From: Gammaproteobacteria bacterium | GTDB taxonomy: Bacteria; Pseudomonadota; Gammaproteobacteria; CBDBNL01; JAAOII01 | Assembly: GCA_965209035.1 (NCBI GenBank) | Contig: OZ242372.1 | Span: 288,001-352,000, forward strand | Direction: 5' to 3' | Length of the DNA stretch: 64,000 nucleotides | Part shown: in pieces, positions 1-11,700 of the stretch | Layout: each line of letters starts with the position of its first letter | Position numbering within the stretch: the stretch's first letter is position 1 | Made by a program: the position numbers and the translations under genes | The notes under the pieces: generated by a model | The model's database searches: none | Seen by the model: the letters and a program-made list of their open reading frames with translations, nothing else | Told to the model about the DNA's origin: nothing

Positions 1-1
1 A

Positions 2-229
2 GAAAACGAATCGTTTGATTATGCTTTGCGTCGGTTTAAACGCTCGTGCATTCGTGCGGGTGTTATTGCCGAAGCACGCCGCCGGGAATACTACGAAAAA
101 CCCACCTGGGTGCGCAAGCGCAAGAAACTTGCCGCCAAACAAGCGTCGAAACGCCATAACTGGTATAATTCGCCGCGCCGACTGGCAAAACATTCTTCTT
201 TTTCCCTGCCGTTTCAAACCGTCAAGTAA
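2..229 (+). CDS. rpsU: 30S ribosomal protein S21 (5' end outside window)
   Basis: Frame reads [16 protein letters not shown]...[10 protein letters not shown], the S21 signature; C-terminal tail somewhat extended. Confidence 0.93.
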   Translation, partial: ENESFDYALRRFKRSCIRAGVIAEARRREYYEKPTWVRKRKKLAAKQASKRHNWYNSPRRLAKHSSFSLPFQTVK

Positions 230-253
230 AAACTCTCGGCTCTTTTTTGTCTC

Positions 254-703
254 TTGTCCCGCGCCCAAGATATTCAAAAGTCCGTTAACGAGGCGTTGCG
301 TGCGGGTGACAGCGTGCGTGTCAATGCCCTGCGTTTGATCAAATCGGAACTCACAAGGTTGGAGCAAGAAAAACGAGAAGAACTCTCGGATAGTCTTTTT
401 TGGCAACTTCTTAACCGCATGCGCAAACAAAGACGGGAATCCATTGAGCAATACGAAAAAGCCAAGCGGTCGGATCTGGCGGACAAAGAGCAGTTTGAAC
501 TTAAAGTCATTGAATCCTTCTTACCGCCGCAACTTGAAGAAAGCGAACTCCTCACATTAATTGAAAACACGATCAAGGAAACCGGTGCCGTCCAAATGAA
601 AGACATTGGTAAAGTGATGGCAAAATTAAAGACCCCGCTGGAGGGTCGTGCCGATATGAAGCACGTGAGCGAAATCATCAGAAACCGATTGGGGCAGTCA
701 TAA
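254..703 (+). CDS. GatB/YqeY domain protein
   Basis: KQRRESIEQY..A.RSDLA..E, FLPPQL, DIGKVM, GRADM motifs; usual position after rpsU; TTG start uncertain. Confidence 0.9.
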   Translation: MSRAQDIQKSVNEALRAGDSVRVNALRLIKSELTRLEQEKREELSDSLFWQLLNRMRKQRRESIEQYEKAKRSDLADKEQFELKVIESFLPPQLEESELLTLIENTIKETGAVQMKDIGKVMAKLKTPLEGRADMKHVSEIIRNRLGQS

Positions 704-802
704 GTAACACAACAAATAACACAATAGCAATCACAAAAAATAAATCATAAAAACAGCAAGACAAACTGCTGTTATCTTGCAGATTGATTCATCTTCTAAA
801 TC

Positions 803-1525
803 TTAATGACACATCACGGTAATTTCGTTTCTGATCCTGTCCGCGGTAGTAGGAGAATCATAACCCGCCGCCAGCCTTCTTAACAGTTCACCGACAAACT
901 TTGTTCCTCTCTCGGAGCAATTGCGAAAGAGCAATGTTTCCGTATCTCGGTCAAGATGCACCCCAAGTTTTTCCGCGCGCAGGCGCACAAAGTCTTTGAG
1001 TAAGTTTCCTTTTAGGGGATGCACCCGAAATACATAAAAAGACAACAACCGACTGACAAGATCATCGGATAAAGTATTGAGTTTGGCGGGGTTTCTGTCG
1101 CCACTGAGCAGCACAATTTTATCCAACTCGACACTCTCTTTAAGAAAAGAAAGAAGTTCCTCTTCTTCGGCGGATTCCGGGCGAACAAACTGAATATTAT
1201 CTATCACCAACCCGGCCGCCCCCTCGCCCGATGCTCCAAGGGCAAACCGCCTGCCGAATGCTGTCTCCGCATCAACATAATCAATCCGAATACCGCGCTC
1301 TTGCCAGTAAAAGCAATAGGCGCGCAACAAATGGCTCTTGCCGCTGCTTTGTCCCGCCCAGAGATACATAGAATTACCGTATCCGTAATGCAGCGGATCG
1401 GATGCTCGCATAAATTCGCAAAGAGATGCATTTGTTCCGGCAACAAAGTTTGAAAAAGTCTGGTCCTGTTCCGTCCCCAGTTGCAACCCCAGTTGACGAA
1501 CAGAAAAAAGATGATTGTCCGGCAC
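803..1525 (-). CDS. hda: DnaA regulatory inactivator Hda-like AAA+ protein
   Basis: QLGLQL clamp-binding-like motif, TFSNFVAG, YLW..SSGKSHLL, DLVSRL. Confidence 0.8.
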   Translation of the reverse strand: MPDNHLFSVRQLGLQLGTEQDQTFSNFVAGTNASLCEFMRASDPLHYGYGNSMYLWAGQSSGKSHLLRAYCFYWQERGIRIDYVDAETAFGRRFALGASGEGAAGLVIDNIQFVRPESAEEEELLSFLKESVELDKIVLLSGDRNPAKLNTLSDDLVSRLLSFYVFRVHPLKGNLLKDFVRLRAEKLGVHLDRDTETLLFRNCSERGTKFVGELLRRLAAGYDSPTTADRIRNEITVMCH

Positions 1526-2823
1526 TATATTTTGCCCGTCGTTTCCTGTTTGCTGTCGGTCAAGACATCGCGATATTCAATATAGGCTCGGCTGCGGATA
1601 TCATTCAACCAAAAATCCCGCACCTGTCTCAGTTTTTGCTGAACCAACAAATCGTAGGCTTCTTCGCGCAACCGCTCCATAACCACATCCTTCTCACGCT
1701 TTTCTTCCAACAATAACAAATGCCAACCATCGTTGATATTTAAAGGAGACGACAGTTCCCCCGCTCGCATTGTATCCAAAATAGCAACCAATTCCGGCGG
1801 CAAAAACGAACGGCGTTGCCATTCCAAGTGATAAGCGGCAAAGGGGGCGTTGGGATGACCATAAGTTGCCGCCAACTCGTCAAAATTCTCTCCCGCTGAC
1901 AGCCGCCGATGCAAATCATTAATTTGCACCTCCAATTGCTCCGAAGTATAAATAATATCCGTTAAAAGCGAGAGTGTTTTTAGACGATACTCGGTTTGAA
2001 CGGAGTCGCGCGGATAACGGACCGCCAGCAACTTGATGAGATGAGATGCCCCGTCTTCGTCGCGAAAGGAAAGCACCTCGCCTTCTTGCATAAATAGGAC
2101 CCTTTCGGTAAGAAGGCGCGGCAGGCTATCCGGCTTGCGGTTGCGAAACTCTGTCGGCCGAACATCTGTCTCCTTCCATTCTTCCTGCACCAAATCGGCA
2201 AACGAATCCATTCTTTCAAACAAACTTCGGGCTTGCCGCAAGGCATCGGTGTCCGATGCATCCGACACAGTATGAATAAAATCGTAGTTTGTTTGACGCA
2301 AAAATGGCGGAATATTAGATGCCAGATATTCGTCAACATCCGTGGGGCTCACTCGAATATAACCGCTTAATTGTTGCCTTTGCAATTCGTTAATGACAAG
2401 AAACTCCCGGATCTCTTTACGCCATTCAAGATAATCGCTGCCCGCCGCTTCCAGCCGTTTGGCGTGCTGTGCCGCGGTCAGTTGATTGGCGTTTAGAAAA
2501 TTACGAATGTAGTCCTGCATGCGATCTTCGCCGATATAAATCCCTTGTCTTTCCGCCGTATCCAACTGAATCTTACGAATCACCAGAGTATCCAGGGCGC
2601 GGCCTATGCCAATTTCCGAATTGGGAGATCTTCGCAAAAGTCCGTCATAAAACCGATTCAACTCCGAACGCAAAATCACATCGTCGTTGACGACCGCCAC
2701 TATGTCGTCCAAGGGCTGTTCCGTCTCGGCCGCATACAACAATATCGGCTGCATACCAAACATCCGACAAACGGATACCAACAAAACAAACCGAACAAGA
2801 ATTTTCCAAGCCATTATCCACAT
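1525..2823 (-). CDS. surA: Periplasmic chaperone/PPIase SurA (divergent)
   Basis: LDDIVAVVNDDVILRSEL N-terminus, GENFDELA..., GWHLLLL, WLNDIRSRAYIE C-terminus; follows lptD. Confidence 0.88.
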   Translation of the reverse strand: MWIMAWKILVRFVLLVSVCRMFGMQPILLYAAETEQPLDDIVAVVNDDVILRSELNRFYDGLLRRSPNSEIGIGRALDTLVIRKIQLDTAERQGIYIGEDRMQDYIRNFLNANQLTAAQHAKRLEAAGSDYLEWRKEIREFLVINELQRQQLSGYIRVSPTDVDEYLASNIPPFLRQTNYDFIHTVSDASDTDALRQARSLFERMDSFADLVQEEWKETDVRPTEFRNRKPDSLPRLLTERVLFMQEGEVLSFRDEDGASHLIKLLAVRYPRDSVQTEYRLKTLSLLTDIIYTSEQLEVQINDLHRRLSAGENFDELAATYGHPNAPFAAYHLEWQRRSFLPPELVAILDTMRAGELSSPLNINDGWHLLLLEEKREKDVVMERLREEAYDLLVQQKLRQVRDFWLNDIRSRAYIEYRDVLTDSKQETTGKI

Positions 2824-2863
2824 TAAACCATTAAATTATCAAATATTGTGTCAATAAAATATC

Positions 2864-5248
2864 CTAACGACTGATACCGAACAAAATACTATTATAAATT
2901 TCTTCCGTCCCGGCTGTTAGACCCCGGTTCACCCCGATGCTTCCCCAAGGCTTAAAAACAAACCGAAGGATGATACCCGTTTCCAATTCCTCGCCGCGAC
3001 GCTGTTCATACAGGCCGTTCACAATGCGGATACAACAATTTTCATAAGAAAAACCGGTCAACAAACTCGCCCATTCCCTCTCCGGAACATCATAGCGGAC
3101 GGCATTAAGAACAGACCACTTATTATGTACTTGCCAAACAACACCCCCACCCCACTGCTCCGCTTTATCCTGATAAAAGGTATTCTCCCGACCATAATAA
3201 GAAACGGAAATGTCATAAAACCGGCGATCTGTCGCATGCCCCGCGATATGACGATTAACCGCCGCTCCGTCCTCTTGAACCAGCCCCGCTTCCAAATAGC
3301 CCCCATAGGGAAAAAACCATGCCAGATCAAATACCCAAGGCGAAAAATTATTGTTTTGGTCTTGCTCCCCGGGCGTAAGTTCTCTGTCGGTCAGGTAAAA
3401 GGCACGTGCCAAACGCAGTCTGTATTCTTCGCCGCCGGCAAGATTAATTAAACGACTCTCCGTCCCAACCGCAACACGCTGTTCGGAGGCAAGATAATCC
3501 CCGCCAATGTAATGCCGATGATCAAACAACGCATCGTAGTTTGGGAATTGCCTCGCTGTGTCAAATGTCCTGTCTAATCCCAGCCCCAAACCCACGCCCG
3601 AACTCGTTCCGATCCTGTCCGTTGGATGCCGCGCCCGCTGCCTTTCCGCATACAAGGCATAAAACCTTGGCTCAAGGGTCACATAGCAATCGCAAATCGG
3701 CGACGGGGCGGAAAAAATCGGTTTCCCGTCCAGGTAAAACCCGCTGCGAGACAAGGAATTTTCCGCAAAATCTTGTTCGGTTGCACTGAGGCGATATCGG
3801 ATGTCTTCCAGAAACAGATTAGCCTTCAAAAAGCCTCCCTGCCTTGCATAGGTCCAAAGCAACGACAGTTCGTTAAACAAACGAGCATTGTTTCCCGTGT
3901 AAACTTCCGGGTGGTCTTCCGAGTCGGCTTCTAAGCGGGCTTCCGGGCTGCCCGCAGGCTCGCCAAACAGAATGTACTCGCTGTTCTGAAACCAAGAAAA
4001 GCCGTAGCCGAGATGACCCAGATAAGAAAAGCGCGTATAGGGCAACTGCCGATAGGGCGCAAGGCGTGTCCTGTTTGCGGTATCCGTCATCTCGGCCAAC
4101 AACTGATCACTGCGAAAGCCGAATGACCAATGAATACTCTTGCTGTCGTAACGAACCCGAGCATCGCTCGGCAAGCTGAAATCGTCACCGGCTTCAAAAA
4201 ATGTCGGCAAGTCTCGCAGGTAATCCGCATCACTGACCGCATTGAGCGAAACATCACCCGACCAACCGTTCCGAACAACCGAGTCAAACCGGAAATGCTG
4301 TGCCACCCGCCGCTTCTGTTCGCGCGCATCCCGATGCAAGTAGCCATAACCGACAGTCCCGTCTCCCGCAGGCGACAGCCATCGCAATTCTTGTTCCAAC
4401 AGAAAACCGCGCTCGGAGAGGGCATGGGCGTAAAAGGTGGTATCCAGGTTGGGGCGAATGTTCACATAAAAAGGCTGGCTGTAAACAAAACCGCTGCGGC
4501 TGTTCACATTGAAAGTCGGAAACAACAGGCCGCTTTGCCTGGCATCGCCCAAAGGAAACTGCAAGAACGGCAAGGCCATCACCGCCGAACTGCCGGCAAA
4601 AAAACGAACACCGCGCGCCTTGCCCTGCCCGGTCGCCCGGTTCAAGTCCAATCGGCGCGCACGCAAGTGCCAAGAGTTTTCCGTCGGATCACAAAAACTG
4701 ATGCGTGCTTCTTCCATTTCAATTCGCGCAAACCCGTTCTTCCGGGTTGCCCGCAAGTTGCCCGCATTTCCCCAAGCATGCAAACCGGGTAAGGTAAACC
4801 TTAATTCTTGCGCCGACAGGGATTCTGTGTCCGCATAGTAATCCGCTCTTTGACCCGCCGCAAGCAATGTGTAGCCCGCCAATTCAAATCCGGCTGACAG
4901 CTCAAAATAGTTCTTATCCGGATAGTAAAGTGCCAGCTGCGTTTTTAGGACAAGATCTTCGTCCAAAATAACAACATTGCCTTGTAACCCCAAGCGTTCG
5001 CTATCTCTAAAAACTTGATCCGCACGAATATCAATATTGTCGGGATTCTCAATGTCGATAGCGACAAGTGGCGAAACAAAACCGCCGGCACAATACCCCG
5101 GCACCGATCCCGGTACCGAGCCCGCCTGCGGAAGATCCTCTTTTGGCACCCAACCAAGAGGCGGCTCATCCGCCGCCATTGTGACCGCCGCCGACATAAA
5201 AACAGAACACGCACACAAACAGAAGAACCGGCGACAAAAGACAAGCAT
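2864..5248 (-). CDS. lptD: LPS assembly outer-membrane protein LptD
   Basis: Signal peptide, SFCDP..SWHLRA, RQSGLLFP, PFYVNIRPNLD, VSDADYLRD, YENCCIRI. Confidence 0.92.
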   Translation of the reverse strand: MLVFCRRFFCLCACSVFMSAAVTMAADEPPLGWVPKEDLPQAGSVPGSVPGYCAGGFVSPLVAIDIENPDNIDIRADQVFRDSERLGLQGNVVILDEDLVLKTQLALYYPDKNYFELSAGFELAGYTLLAAGQRADYYADTESLSAQELRFTLPGLHAWGNAGNLRATRKNGFARIEMEEARISFCDPTENSWHLRARRLDLNRATGQGKARGVRFFAGSSAVMALPFLQFPLGDARQSGLLFPTFNVNSRSGFVYSQPFYVNIRPNLDTTFYAHALSERGFLLEQELRWLSPAGDGTVGYGYLHRDAREQKRRVAQHFRFDSVVRNGWSGDVSLNAVSDADYLRDLPTFFEAGDDFSLPSDARVRYDSKSIHWSFGFRSDQLLAEMTDTANRTRLAPYRQLPYTRFSYLGHLGYGFSWFQNSEYILFGEPAGSPEARLEADSEDHPEVYTGNNARLFNELSLLWTYARQGGFLKANLFLEDIRYRLSATEQDFAENSLSRSGFYLDGKPIFSAPSPICDCYVTLEPRFYALYAERQRARHPTDRIGTSSGVGLGLGLDRTFDTARQFPNYDALFDHRHYIGGDYLASEQRVAVGTESRLINLAGGEEYRLRLARAFYLTDRELTPGEQDQNNNFSPWVFDLAWFFPYGGYLEAGLVQEDGAAVNRHIAGHATDRRFYDISVSYYGRENTFYQDKAEQWGGGVVWQVHNKWSVLNAVRYDVPEREWASLLTGFSYENCCIRIVNGLYEQRRGEELETGIILRFVFKPWGSIGVNRGLTAGTEEIYNSILFGISR

Positions 5249-5429
5249 AAGAGTATTTTATATCCGCAATTTTCTATTTTGAAGAAATTTCCAAACGCAT
5301 CTGTGGTAACCGCCGACGACGACCTGATGTACCCGAGAAACTGGTTGAAAAATTTATACGCTGCTTAAATCTAAAATATTGACAACTCTTGGATATGCCT
5401 GCCTAAACCCGTTTCCTATAATAGCCAAT

Positions 5430-6800
5430 ATGACAAACCGTTTTGCCGGGCTTTTTCTTTGCCTTATCTTGCTTACGATACCAAATATTCGGGGGGTTCG
5501 GGCAAATGTTCTGGAAGATCTCCTCACAGCCGCGATGAAATATGACAATCAACTGCTTCTCGCCGAGGCACAATTAAACGAAGCAAAGTCGCGAGCGCGC
5601 GGTGCGGCCGGACAGATGGCGCCGCAAGTAACGGCAAGAGTGCAGAGTAACAGGCAGGATGGAAAGTGCTCGGGCGATTTTTGTTCGCAAAGTCCGACAT
5701 CGGGAGAGCGAGACGGAACAGCCACAACCCTTTCTTTGACACAATCTATTTACGAACCGGCGGTTCACTCGACTTTCAGAAGAGATCGAGCGCGTGCCGA
5801 ACAACGGGGATACTTATATGCTGCCGCGAGACTGGCTGTGTTTCAAAGGCTTTTGTCACAGTACATAGACATCCTCAAAGAAACGGACAGGCTGCGCACT
5901 CTGCGCTCGCAGCGAGAAACTGTGAGCAAACAAGCCGAGCGCGTGGCGGCATTGGTTGCCAACGGCGCACGCAGGCGGACAGACCTAACGGAAGCACTGG
6001 CGGCCAAAGATTTAAATGCGGCGCGTATTTTTCAAAGTGAAATCACTCTGCAGACTTTTTACGAGGGGTTGAGCGAAGCCACAAAACTTTCGATTAAGAA
6101 TCTGCCACCGATACGCAAGGATGTTAAATTACCCAAACTGGAACCCGCCAATGCGGCGCACTGGAAGCGGGAGGCATTGGAACAAAACTTCAACCTGAGG
6201 GCGGCACGCAAAGGAGTGGATGCGGCTCGTTTTGAAGTGCGGCGGCTTTCTTACGGCCCCGCACCAAAGTTAAATATTTATGCCGACTATACGGAAAGCA
6301 GTTTAAATTTGGAAGCGGGCAACCAAAATCAACGACAAACCGAAGTGGGTATCCGCTTGAGTTTACCGATCTACGAAGGCGGACTTTATGCGGACATCCG
6401 CGCCGCCAAATCGCAAAAAAGGCAGGCGGAACAACAACTTCTCCTCGCGGAATTGGAAGTTAAAACACTGGTCCCTTCGTTGGTTCGGTTGATCAATCGC
6501 GGGCAGGAGACGGTGGATGCCGCATTTCAAAACATGCGGGCAAAGGAAGAGAATGCCCGGCAAACCTCTTTGGAATACCGCGACGGGGCCGCGAGTATTA
6601 CGGAGTTTTTGGAATCTTACGACAACTTTTATCAAGCGGAAAGAGACTATTACGAGAGTTTGTATGCGCACATTATGAATTACGCGGATTTTTATGTTCG
6701 GACGGGAACATTAAATGAAAAGACCGTGCGCCCGTTTTATGACATAGCCGACTTTACCGATTACGACCCCGAAAATCCTGTTTACCCCGAAACGAATTAA
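5430..6800 (+). CDS. TolC-family outer membrane efflux protein
   Basis: Signal peptide from ATG 5430; LSLTQSIY and GIRLSLPIYEGG beta-strand motifs of the two OEP repeats; coiled-coil segments. Confidence 0.85.
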   Translation: MTNRFAGLFLCLILLTIPNIRGVRANVLEDLLTAAMKYDNQLLLAEAQLNEAKSRARGAAGQMAPQVTARVQSNRQDGKCSGDFCSQSPTSGERDGTATTLSLTQSIYEPAVHSTFRRDRARAEQRGYLYAAARLAVFQRLLSQYIDILKETDRLRTLRSQRETVSKQAERVAALVANGARRRTDLTEALAAKDLNAARIFQSEITLQTFYEGLSEATKLSIKNLPPIRKDVKLPKLEPANAAHWKREALEQNFNLRAARKGVDAARFEVRRLSYGPAPKLNIYADYTESSLNLEAGNQNQRQTEVGIRLSLPIYEGGLYADIRAAKSQKRQAEQQLLLAELEVKTLVPSLVRLINRGQETVDAAFQNMRAKEENARQTSLEYRDGAASITEFLESYDNFYQAERDYYESLYAHIMNYADFYVRTGTLNEKTVRPFYDIADFTDYDPENPVYPETN

Positions 6801-6855
6801 TGTTTGTGTCGCGTACAGCCGGCACGCAAGATTGCAACTTTTCTTTTCTCTGCTT

Positions 6856-8919
6856 TTAAAGACTAATCAAGTCGCCCTTTTCTTCCAACCATTCCCGGCG
6901 TTCGGCTGCCAACTTCTTGGCAAATAATTTGGGAAGTCTTTGTTGAATCTCCGATTCGTCCTCCGTTTCCAACTGCAATAGTCTGCGCGTCGCGGGTGCC
7001 ATGGTGGTCTCGCGCAGTTGGCGCGCGTTCATTTCGCCGAGACCTTTAAATCTTTGAACATCCACTTTGCCCTTGCCTTTCATACCTGATAAAATCTTTT
7101 TTCTTTCGACATCATCCAGGGCATAAAAAACGGAGTTGCCGCGATCAATACGGTATAGCGGTGGCATGGCAACATACATATGACGCTCTCGGACCAATTG
7201 CGGAAAATGCTTAATAAACAACGCACAAAGAAGCGCCGCAATATGCATCCCGTCCGAATCCGCATCCGCAAGAATGCAGATTTTGTCGTAACGCAAACCG
7301 CCGAGATCTTCCGCCTTCGGCATGACGCCGATTGCCCTGATAATATCCAAAATTTCATTCGATTCAAGGATCTTTTGACCGTCCAGTTCCCATGTATTGA
7401 GAATCTTTCCTCTGAGCGGCAAGACCGCTTGGGTGTTTTTGTCCCGTGCCTGTTTGGCGGAACCGCCCGCCGAATCTCCTTCCACCAAAAACAGTTCCCG
7501 TTCTTCCGGTTTCTTTGAAATGCAGTCCGCCAACTTGCCGGGCAGGCCGCCGGATCGAAGTTGTTTGTTCTTTTTTGCAATGTTTGCTTGTCGGGCGCGT
7601 TCGCGCGCATTCTCGATCACCATCAACACGATCTTTTCCGCCGTCTGCGAGTGTGTGTTCAGCCAATTCAAAAATGTCTGTTTGACTTCGCCGGCAATAA
7701 ACGCCGTTTGATCCTGAGAAGTTAAACGCTCTTTGGTTTGACCGGCAAAATGCGGATTGCGAATCATCACGGACAACACATGACCGCAGTTCTTCCAAAT
7801 GTCTTCCGAAGACAGTTTTGTGTCTTTTGGTAACAGATTACGGTATTCGCAGAATTGTTTGATTCCTTCGTATAGCCCGCTGCGAAACGAGGTGACATGT
7901 GTCCCGCCCAAAATCGTCGGGATCAGGTTGACATAGGTTTCCGTAAGTGTCGGGTCGTCCTCCAAAGTCCACTGCACTCCCCAACTCAGTTGTCGCTCCG
8001 CGGAATGTGTCTCGCCGCAAACAGGTTCCGCAGGCAGGCATAGGATATCGCCGTTCATCTCTTGTATATACTCTCGAATACCTCCTTTGTAAAGCCAGGT
8101 TTGTTGTGTGTGCCTCGGGTTTCTTTTGCCGGCTGCCTGATGCGTATGATCCGTAAAACTTGTCCGCAATCCGGGACAGAGAACCGCTTTTGCCCGCAGT
8201 AAATGGATAATATAAGAAACGGAAAAATTGGGACTGTCAAAATAGTCAGTGCAGGGTCTGAAGGTGATGCGGGTGCCCCTTCCCCCTTTTTCTCCTCCTC
8301 CTATCAGACGGGGCGGATCCGAGTTCTCGGTCTCTTCGAGTTCCGCCTGTTTTTCGCCGTGCCGAAAAGACATCCGGTACTTCTTGCCGTTCTTCCATAT
8401 CTCTGCGATCAGTTCTTCGGAAAGAGCATTCACCACGGAAACTCCCACTCCGTGTAACCCGCCGGAAAAAATGTAATTCTTGTCGGAAAACTTCGCGCCG
8501 GAATGCAATCTTGTAAAAATCAGTTCCACACCGGTGACTCCGTGTTCGGGGTGAATATCCACAGGCAGGCCTCTGCCATCATCGGTCACTCGCACCCTAT
8601 TGTCGGGGAGAATCTCTACGGTTAAATTTTTGGCATGACCGGAAATAGCCTCGTCCACGCCGTTGTCAATGACTTCCTGTACCAAATGGCGCGGCGAGGA
8701 AGTATCCGTATACATTCCGGGGCGCTTGCGCACCGGGTCCAGTCCGACAAGAACCTCTATGGACGAAGCGTCATACTTATCTTTTATGTTTTTGAGGTTT
8801 TTGAGGTTTTTGATGCCTCTTGTATCTTTTGTGTTTTTTGTGTTTTTTGTAGCGGAGGCAATGGCGGTGACTGTCTCTTCTTCGAAAAGGTCCTTGTTCG
8901 CCTTATTCGTCTTGTTCAC
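6856..8919 (-). CDS. parE: DNA topoisomerase IV subunit B
   Basis: YDASSIEVL.GLDPVRKRPGMYTD, EVIDNGVDE, GGLHGVGVSVVNALS, LVEGDSAGGSAKQAR, DADSDG, QRFKGLGEMN; GTG start overlaps clpB stop. Confidence 0.95.
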   Translation of the reverse strand: MNKTNKANKDLFEEETVTAIASATKNTKNTKDTRGIKNLKNLKNIKDKYDASSIEVLVGLDPVRKRPGMYTDTSSPRHLVQEVIDNGVDEAISGHAKNLTVEILPDNRVRVTDDGRGLPVDIHPEHGVTGVELIFTRLHSGAKFSDKNYIFSGGLHGVGVSVVNALSEELIAEIWKNGKKYRMSFRHGEKQAELEETENSDPPRLIGGGEKGGRGTRITFRPCTDYFDSPNFSVSYIIHLLRAKAVLCPGLRTSFTDHTHQAAGKRNPRHTQQTWLYKGGIREYIQEMNGDILCLPAEPVCGETHSAERQLSWGVQWTLEDDPTLTETYVNLIPTILGGTHVTSFRSGLYEGIKQFCEYRNLLPKDTKLSSEDIWKNCGHVLSVMIRNPHFAGQTKERLTSQDQTAFIAGEVKQTFLNWLNTHSQTAEKIVLMVIENARERARQANIAKKNKQLRSGGLPGKLADCISKKPEERELFLVEGDSAGGSAKQARDKNTQAVLPLRGKILNTWELDGQKILESNEILDIIRAIGVMPKAEDLGGLRYDKICILADADSDGMHIAALLCALFIKHFPQLVRERHMYVAMPPLYRIDRGNSVFYALDDVERKKILSGMKGKGKVDVQRFKGLGEMNARQLRETTMAPATRRLLQLETEDESEIQQRLPKLFAKKLAAERREWLEEKGDLISL

Positions 8920-11522
8920 AGTGATTTTGTTTGTCCCGGCACAACAACAAATCGTTTGTCCTTATGGTCTATTTCTATCGAGGTCTCCGGCTGAATTGCA
9001 TCATTGAGGATCTTCTCGGCGAGAAGGTTTTCTATGTATTTTTGAATCACTCGTTTTAATGGTCTGGCACCGAACACTTCATTGTAGCCATAGTTTACAA
9101 GAACACGCTTGGCGTCATCGGTAATGTGCAGTCGGATTTTATATTCCGCCATCAATCTTTCCGCCAGGAGAGCAATTTGCAAGTCGGCAATTCGCATAAT
9201 CTCTTCTTTGGTGAGATGACGAAAAATGACCATCTCGTCTATCCGATTAACAAACTCGGGACGAAAATGCGCATTGACATGCCGCATCACCATATCATGC
9301 AGAACATCGTAAGGCTCGTCTTTGAGGCTGATAATATCCTTGGAACCCAAATTGGAGGTCATCACAATTACGGTATTCTTAAAATCTACCGTTCTCCCCT
9401 GTCCGTCCGTCAGGCGCCCGTCGTCAAGAACTTGCAAAAGGATGTTAAAGACATCTTTGTGCGCCTTTTCAACCTCATCCAAAAGAATCAACGAATAGGG
9501 ACGACGGCGGACTGCCTCCGTCAAACTTCCCCCCTCTTCGTAACCGACATAACCGGGCGGTGCCCCCACCAGGCGCGCCACCGAATGTTTTTCCATATAT
9601 TCGGACATGTCTATGCGGGTGATTGCATTTTGGTCGTCAAACATCACCTCCGCCAGAGCCCGACACAACTCCGTTTTACCGACTCCCGTGGGGCCCAGAA
9701 ACAGGAAAGAGCCGTTCGGGCGATTGGGGTCCGACAAGGCGGCACGGGCCCGCCGAATGGCGTTACTGACCGCGGTGACGGCTTCTTTTTGACCGATGAT
9801 GCGTTCCGCAAGTTGTTTTTCCATGTCCGCCAATTTCCGCTTTTCTCCTTTCAGCATACGTGTGACAGGAATGCCCGTCCATAATGCAACAATTTCCGCC
9901 ACTTCGTTTTCCGTTACCCGATTGCGAATCTGATTTTGTTTGGCTTCTTGCAGAGAGGTCATTTTCTTTAAGGCTGCTTCTTGCTTTTTCTCCAGGCCGG
10001 GAATCACCTCATACTCCAGTTCGGCAACACGCGTGAGTTCGCCATCCCGGCGTGCCGTCTCTTGTTCCATACGCGCTCTGTCCAATTCGCTTTTGAGTTC
10101 TTGGGATCTTTGCAGTTCGTTTTTTTCTTCCCGGAATTTCTCATGCAAAGAGTCGTATACGCGCTGACGCTCGGCAAGTTTCTTTTCCAATTCCAGCAGT
10201 TTCTGTTTGGATGTCTTGTCGTCTTCCTGTTTAAGGGCTTCGCATTCTATCTTCATTCGGATAATTTCCCGTTCCATCTTGTCCAGGGCTTCCGGCTTGG
10301 AATCCATTTCTATGCGGATGCGACTTGCCGCTTCATCTATCAGGTCAATGGCTTTGTCCGGCAATCGCCTGTCGCTGATATAACGCACGGACAAACTCAC
10401 CGCGGAAAGAAGCGCCTGATCCGTGATATCCACGCCATGGTGAATCTCGTACTTTTCTTTGAGGCCGCGCAGTATGGCAACAGTGTCTTCCGGCGACGGT
10501 TCTCCCACAAATACCTTTTGGAAACGGCGTTCCAGGGCGGCATCTTTTTCAATGTATTTTCTATATTCGTCCAAGGTGGTCGCACCCACGCAGTGGAGTT
10601 CGCCGCGGGCAAGCGCGGGCTTGAGCATATTACTCGCATCCATGGCACCGTCTCCCCGTCCCGCTCCAACCAGCGTGTGCATTTCGTCCATAAAAAGAAT
10701 GACTTGCCCTTCCAATTTTTGCAGTTCCTTAATCACGCTCTTAAGACGCTCTTCAAAATCGCCGCGAAACTTAGTGCCGGCGATCAATGCCCCCATATCC
10801 AAAGCAAGAACACGTTTGGTCTGCATGGACTGCGGAACCTCCCGATTGATCATTCTCTGAGCCAAACCTTCCACTATGGCGGTCTTGCCGACACCCGGTT
10901 CGCCAATGAGAACCGGATTATTTTTGTTGCGCCTTTGCAGAACCTGTATTGTCCTCCTGATCTCGTCATCCCTGCCGATGACAGGGTCTGTTTTTCCTGT
11001 CTTGGCGCGTTCGGTCAGATCAATGGTATAAAGCGACAAGGCACTTTCACCGCTTTCTTGGCCGGAACCTTCCACCTTGTCCTCGCCGCGCACATTTTTA
11101 ATGTCTTCCAAAAAAGTTTCTTTCTTTAACCCGAGGGAGCGTAAAACAGCCGACACAGGACCGCCGACATCCGTCGCAGCCGGCATCACCCACTCGCCGG
11201 AAACATAAGTATCGCCGTTATCCCGGGCATATTTTTCCGCCTGGCCAATTAACTTGATAAACCCGCGCCCGGCCGAGATGCCCGCATCGCCGTCGTTTTT
11301 GATGGTTGGCAGCTTATCCAGTTCTTTTTCCAGCTTCTTTTGCGCGACCGCAGGCGAAACCGATTGTTTTTCCACCAACTTGCATGCCAAACTTTCTTTG
11401 TCGCGCATCAAAGCAAGCAGAAGATGGGTCGGTTCCAGAGTTGCATGGTCCTTTTCTATGACCAAACTCTGGGCGTTTTGCAATGCCTGTTTTAGTCTGT
11501 CCGTATATTTGTCTTGTTGCAT
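8916..11522 (-). CDS. clpB: ATP-dependent chaperone ClpB
   Basis: Two AAA+ modules ([16 protein letters not shown]), coiled-coil middle domain, [10 protein letters not shown]. Confidence 0.97.
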   Translation of the reverse strand: MQQDKYTDRLKQALQNAQSLVIEKDHATLEPTHLLLALMRDKESLACKLVEKQSVSPAVAQKKLEKELDKLPTIKNDGDAGISAGRGFIKLIGQAEKYARDNGDTYVSGEWVMPAATDVGGPVSAVLRSLGLKKETFLEDIKNVRGEDKVEGSGQESGESALSLYTIDLTERAKTGKTDPVIGRDDEIRRTIQVLQRRNKNNPVLIGEPGVGKTAIVEGLAQRMINREVPQSMQTKRVLALDMGALIAGTKFRGDFEERLKSVIKELQKLEGQVILFMDEMHTLVGAGRGDGAMDASNMLKPALARGELHCVGATTLDEYRKYIEKDAALERRFQKVFVGEPSPEDTVAILRGLKEKYEIHHGVDITDQALLSAVSLSVRYISDRRLPDKAIDLIDEAASRIRIEMDSKPEALDKMEREIIRMKIECEALKQEDDKTSKQKLLELEKKLAERQRVYDSLHEKFREEKNELQRSQELKSELDRARMEQETARRDGELTRVAELEYEVIPGLEKKQEAALKKMTSLQEAKQNQIRNRVTENEVAEIVALWTGIPVTRMLKGEKRKLADMEKQLAERIIGQKEAVTAVSNAIRRARAALSDPNRPNGSFLFLGPTGVGKTELCRALAEVMFDDQNAITRIDMSEYMEKHSVARLVGAPPGYVGYEEGGSLTEAVRRRPYSLILLDEVEKAHKDVFNILLQVLDDGRLTDGQGRTVDFKNTVIVMTSNLGSKDIISLKDEPYDVLHDMVMRHVNAHFRPEFVNRIDEMVIFRHLTKEEIMRIADLQIALLAERLMAEYKIRLHITDDAKRVLVNYGYNEVFGARPLKRVIQKYIENLLAEKILNDAIQPETSIEIDHKDKRFVVVPGQTKSL

Positions 11523-11700
11523 ATTTGTTTACTTCCTCTCTTTTTCAATATAGGTATTATTGAGAAAAAAACAATTGAAGCGGGTTAGATATTGTGCCGG
11601 AAAATCACTTCCGGAATTCCGGAATTCAGGTGTTGCTTGTGCCGGCCGAAAAATCGGCGGCGGGACATCCGCAAGGACATCCATAAAGAAATGATGGATG

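Noticed and set aside
9981-11129. Long antisense ORFs (also 9126-9884, 14095-15006, 35075-35842 and others)
   Set aside because: Shadows opposite conserved genes (clpB, pnp, argH) with no motifs of their own
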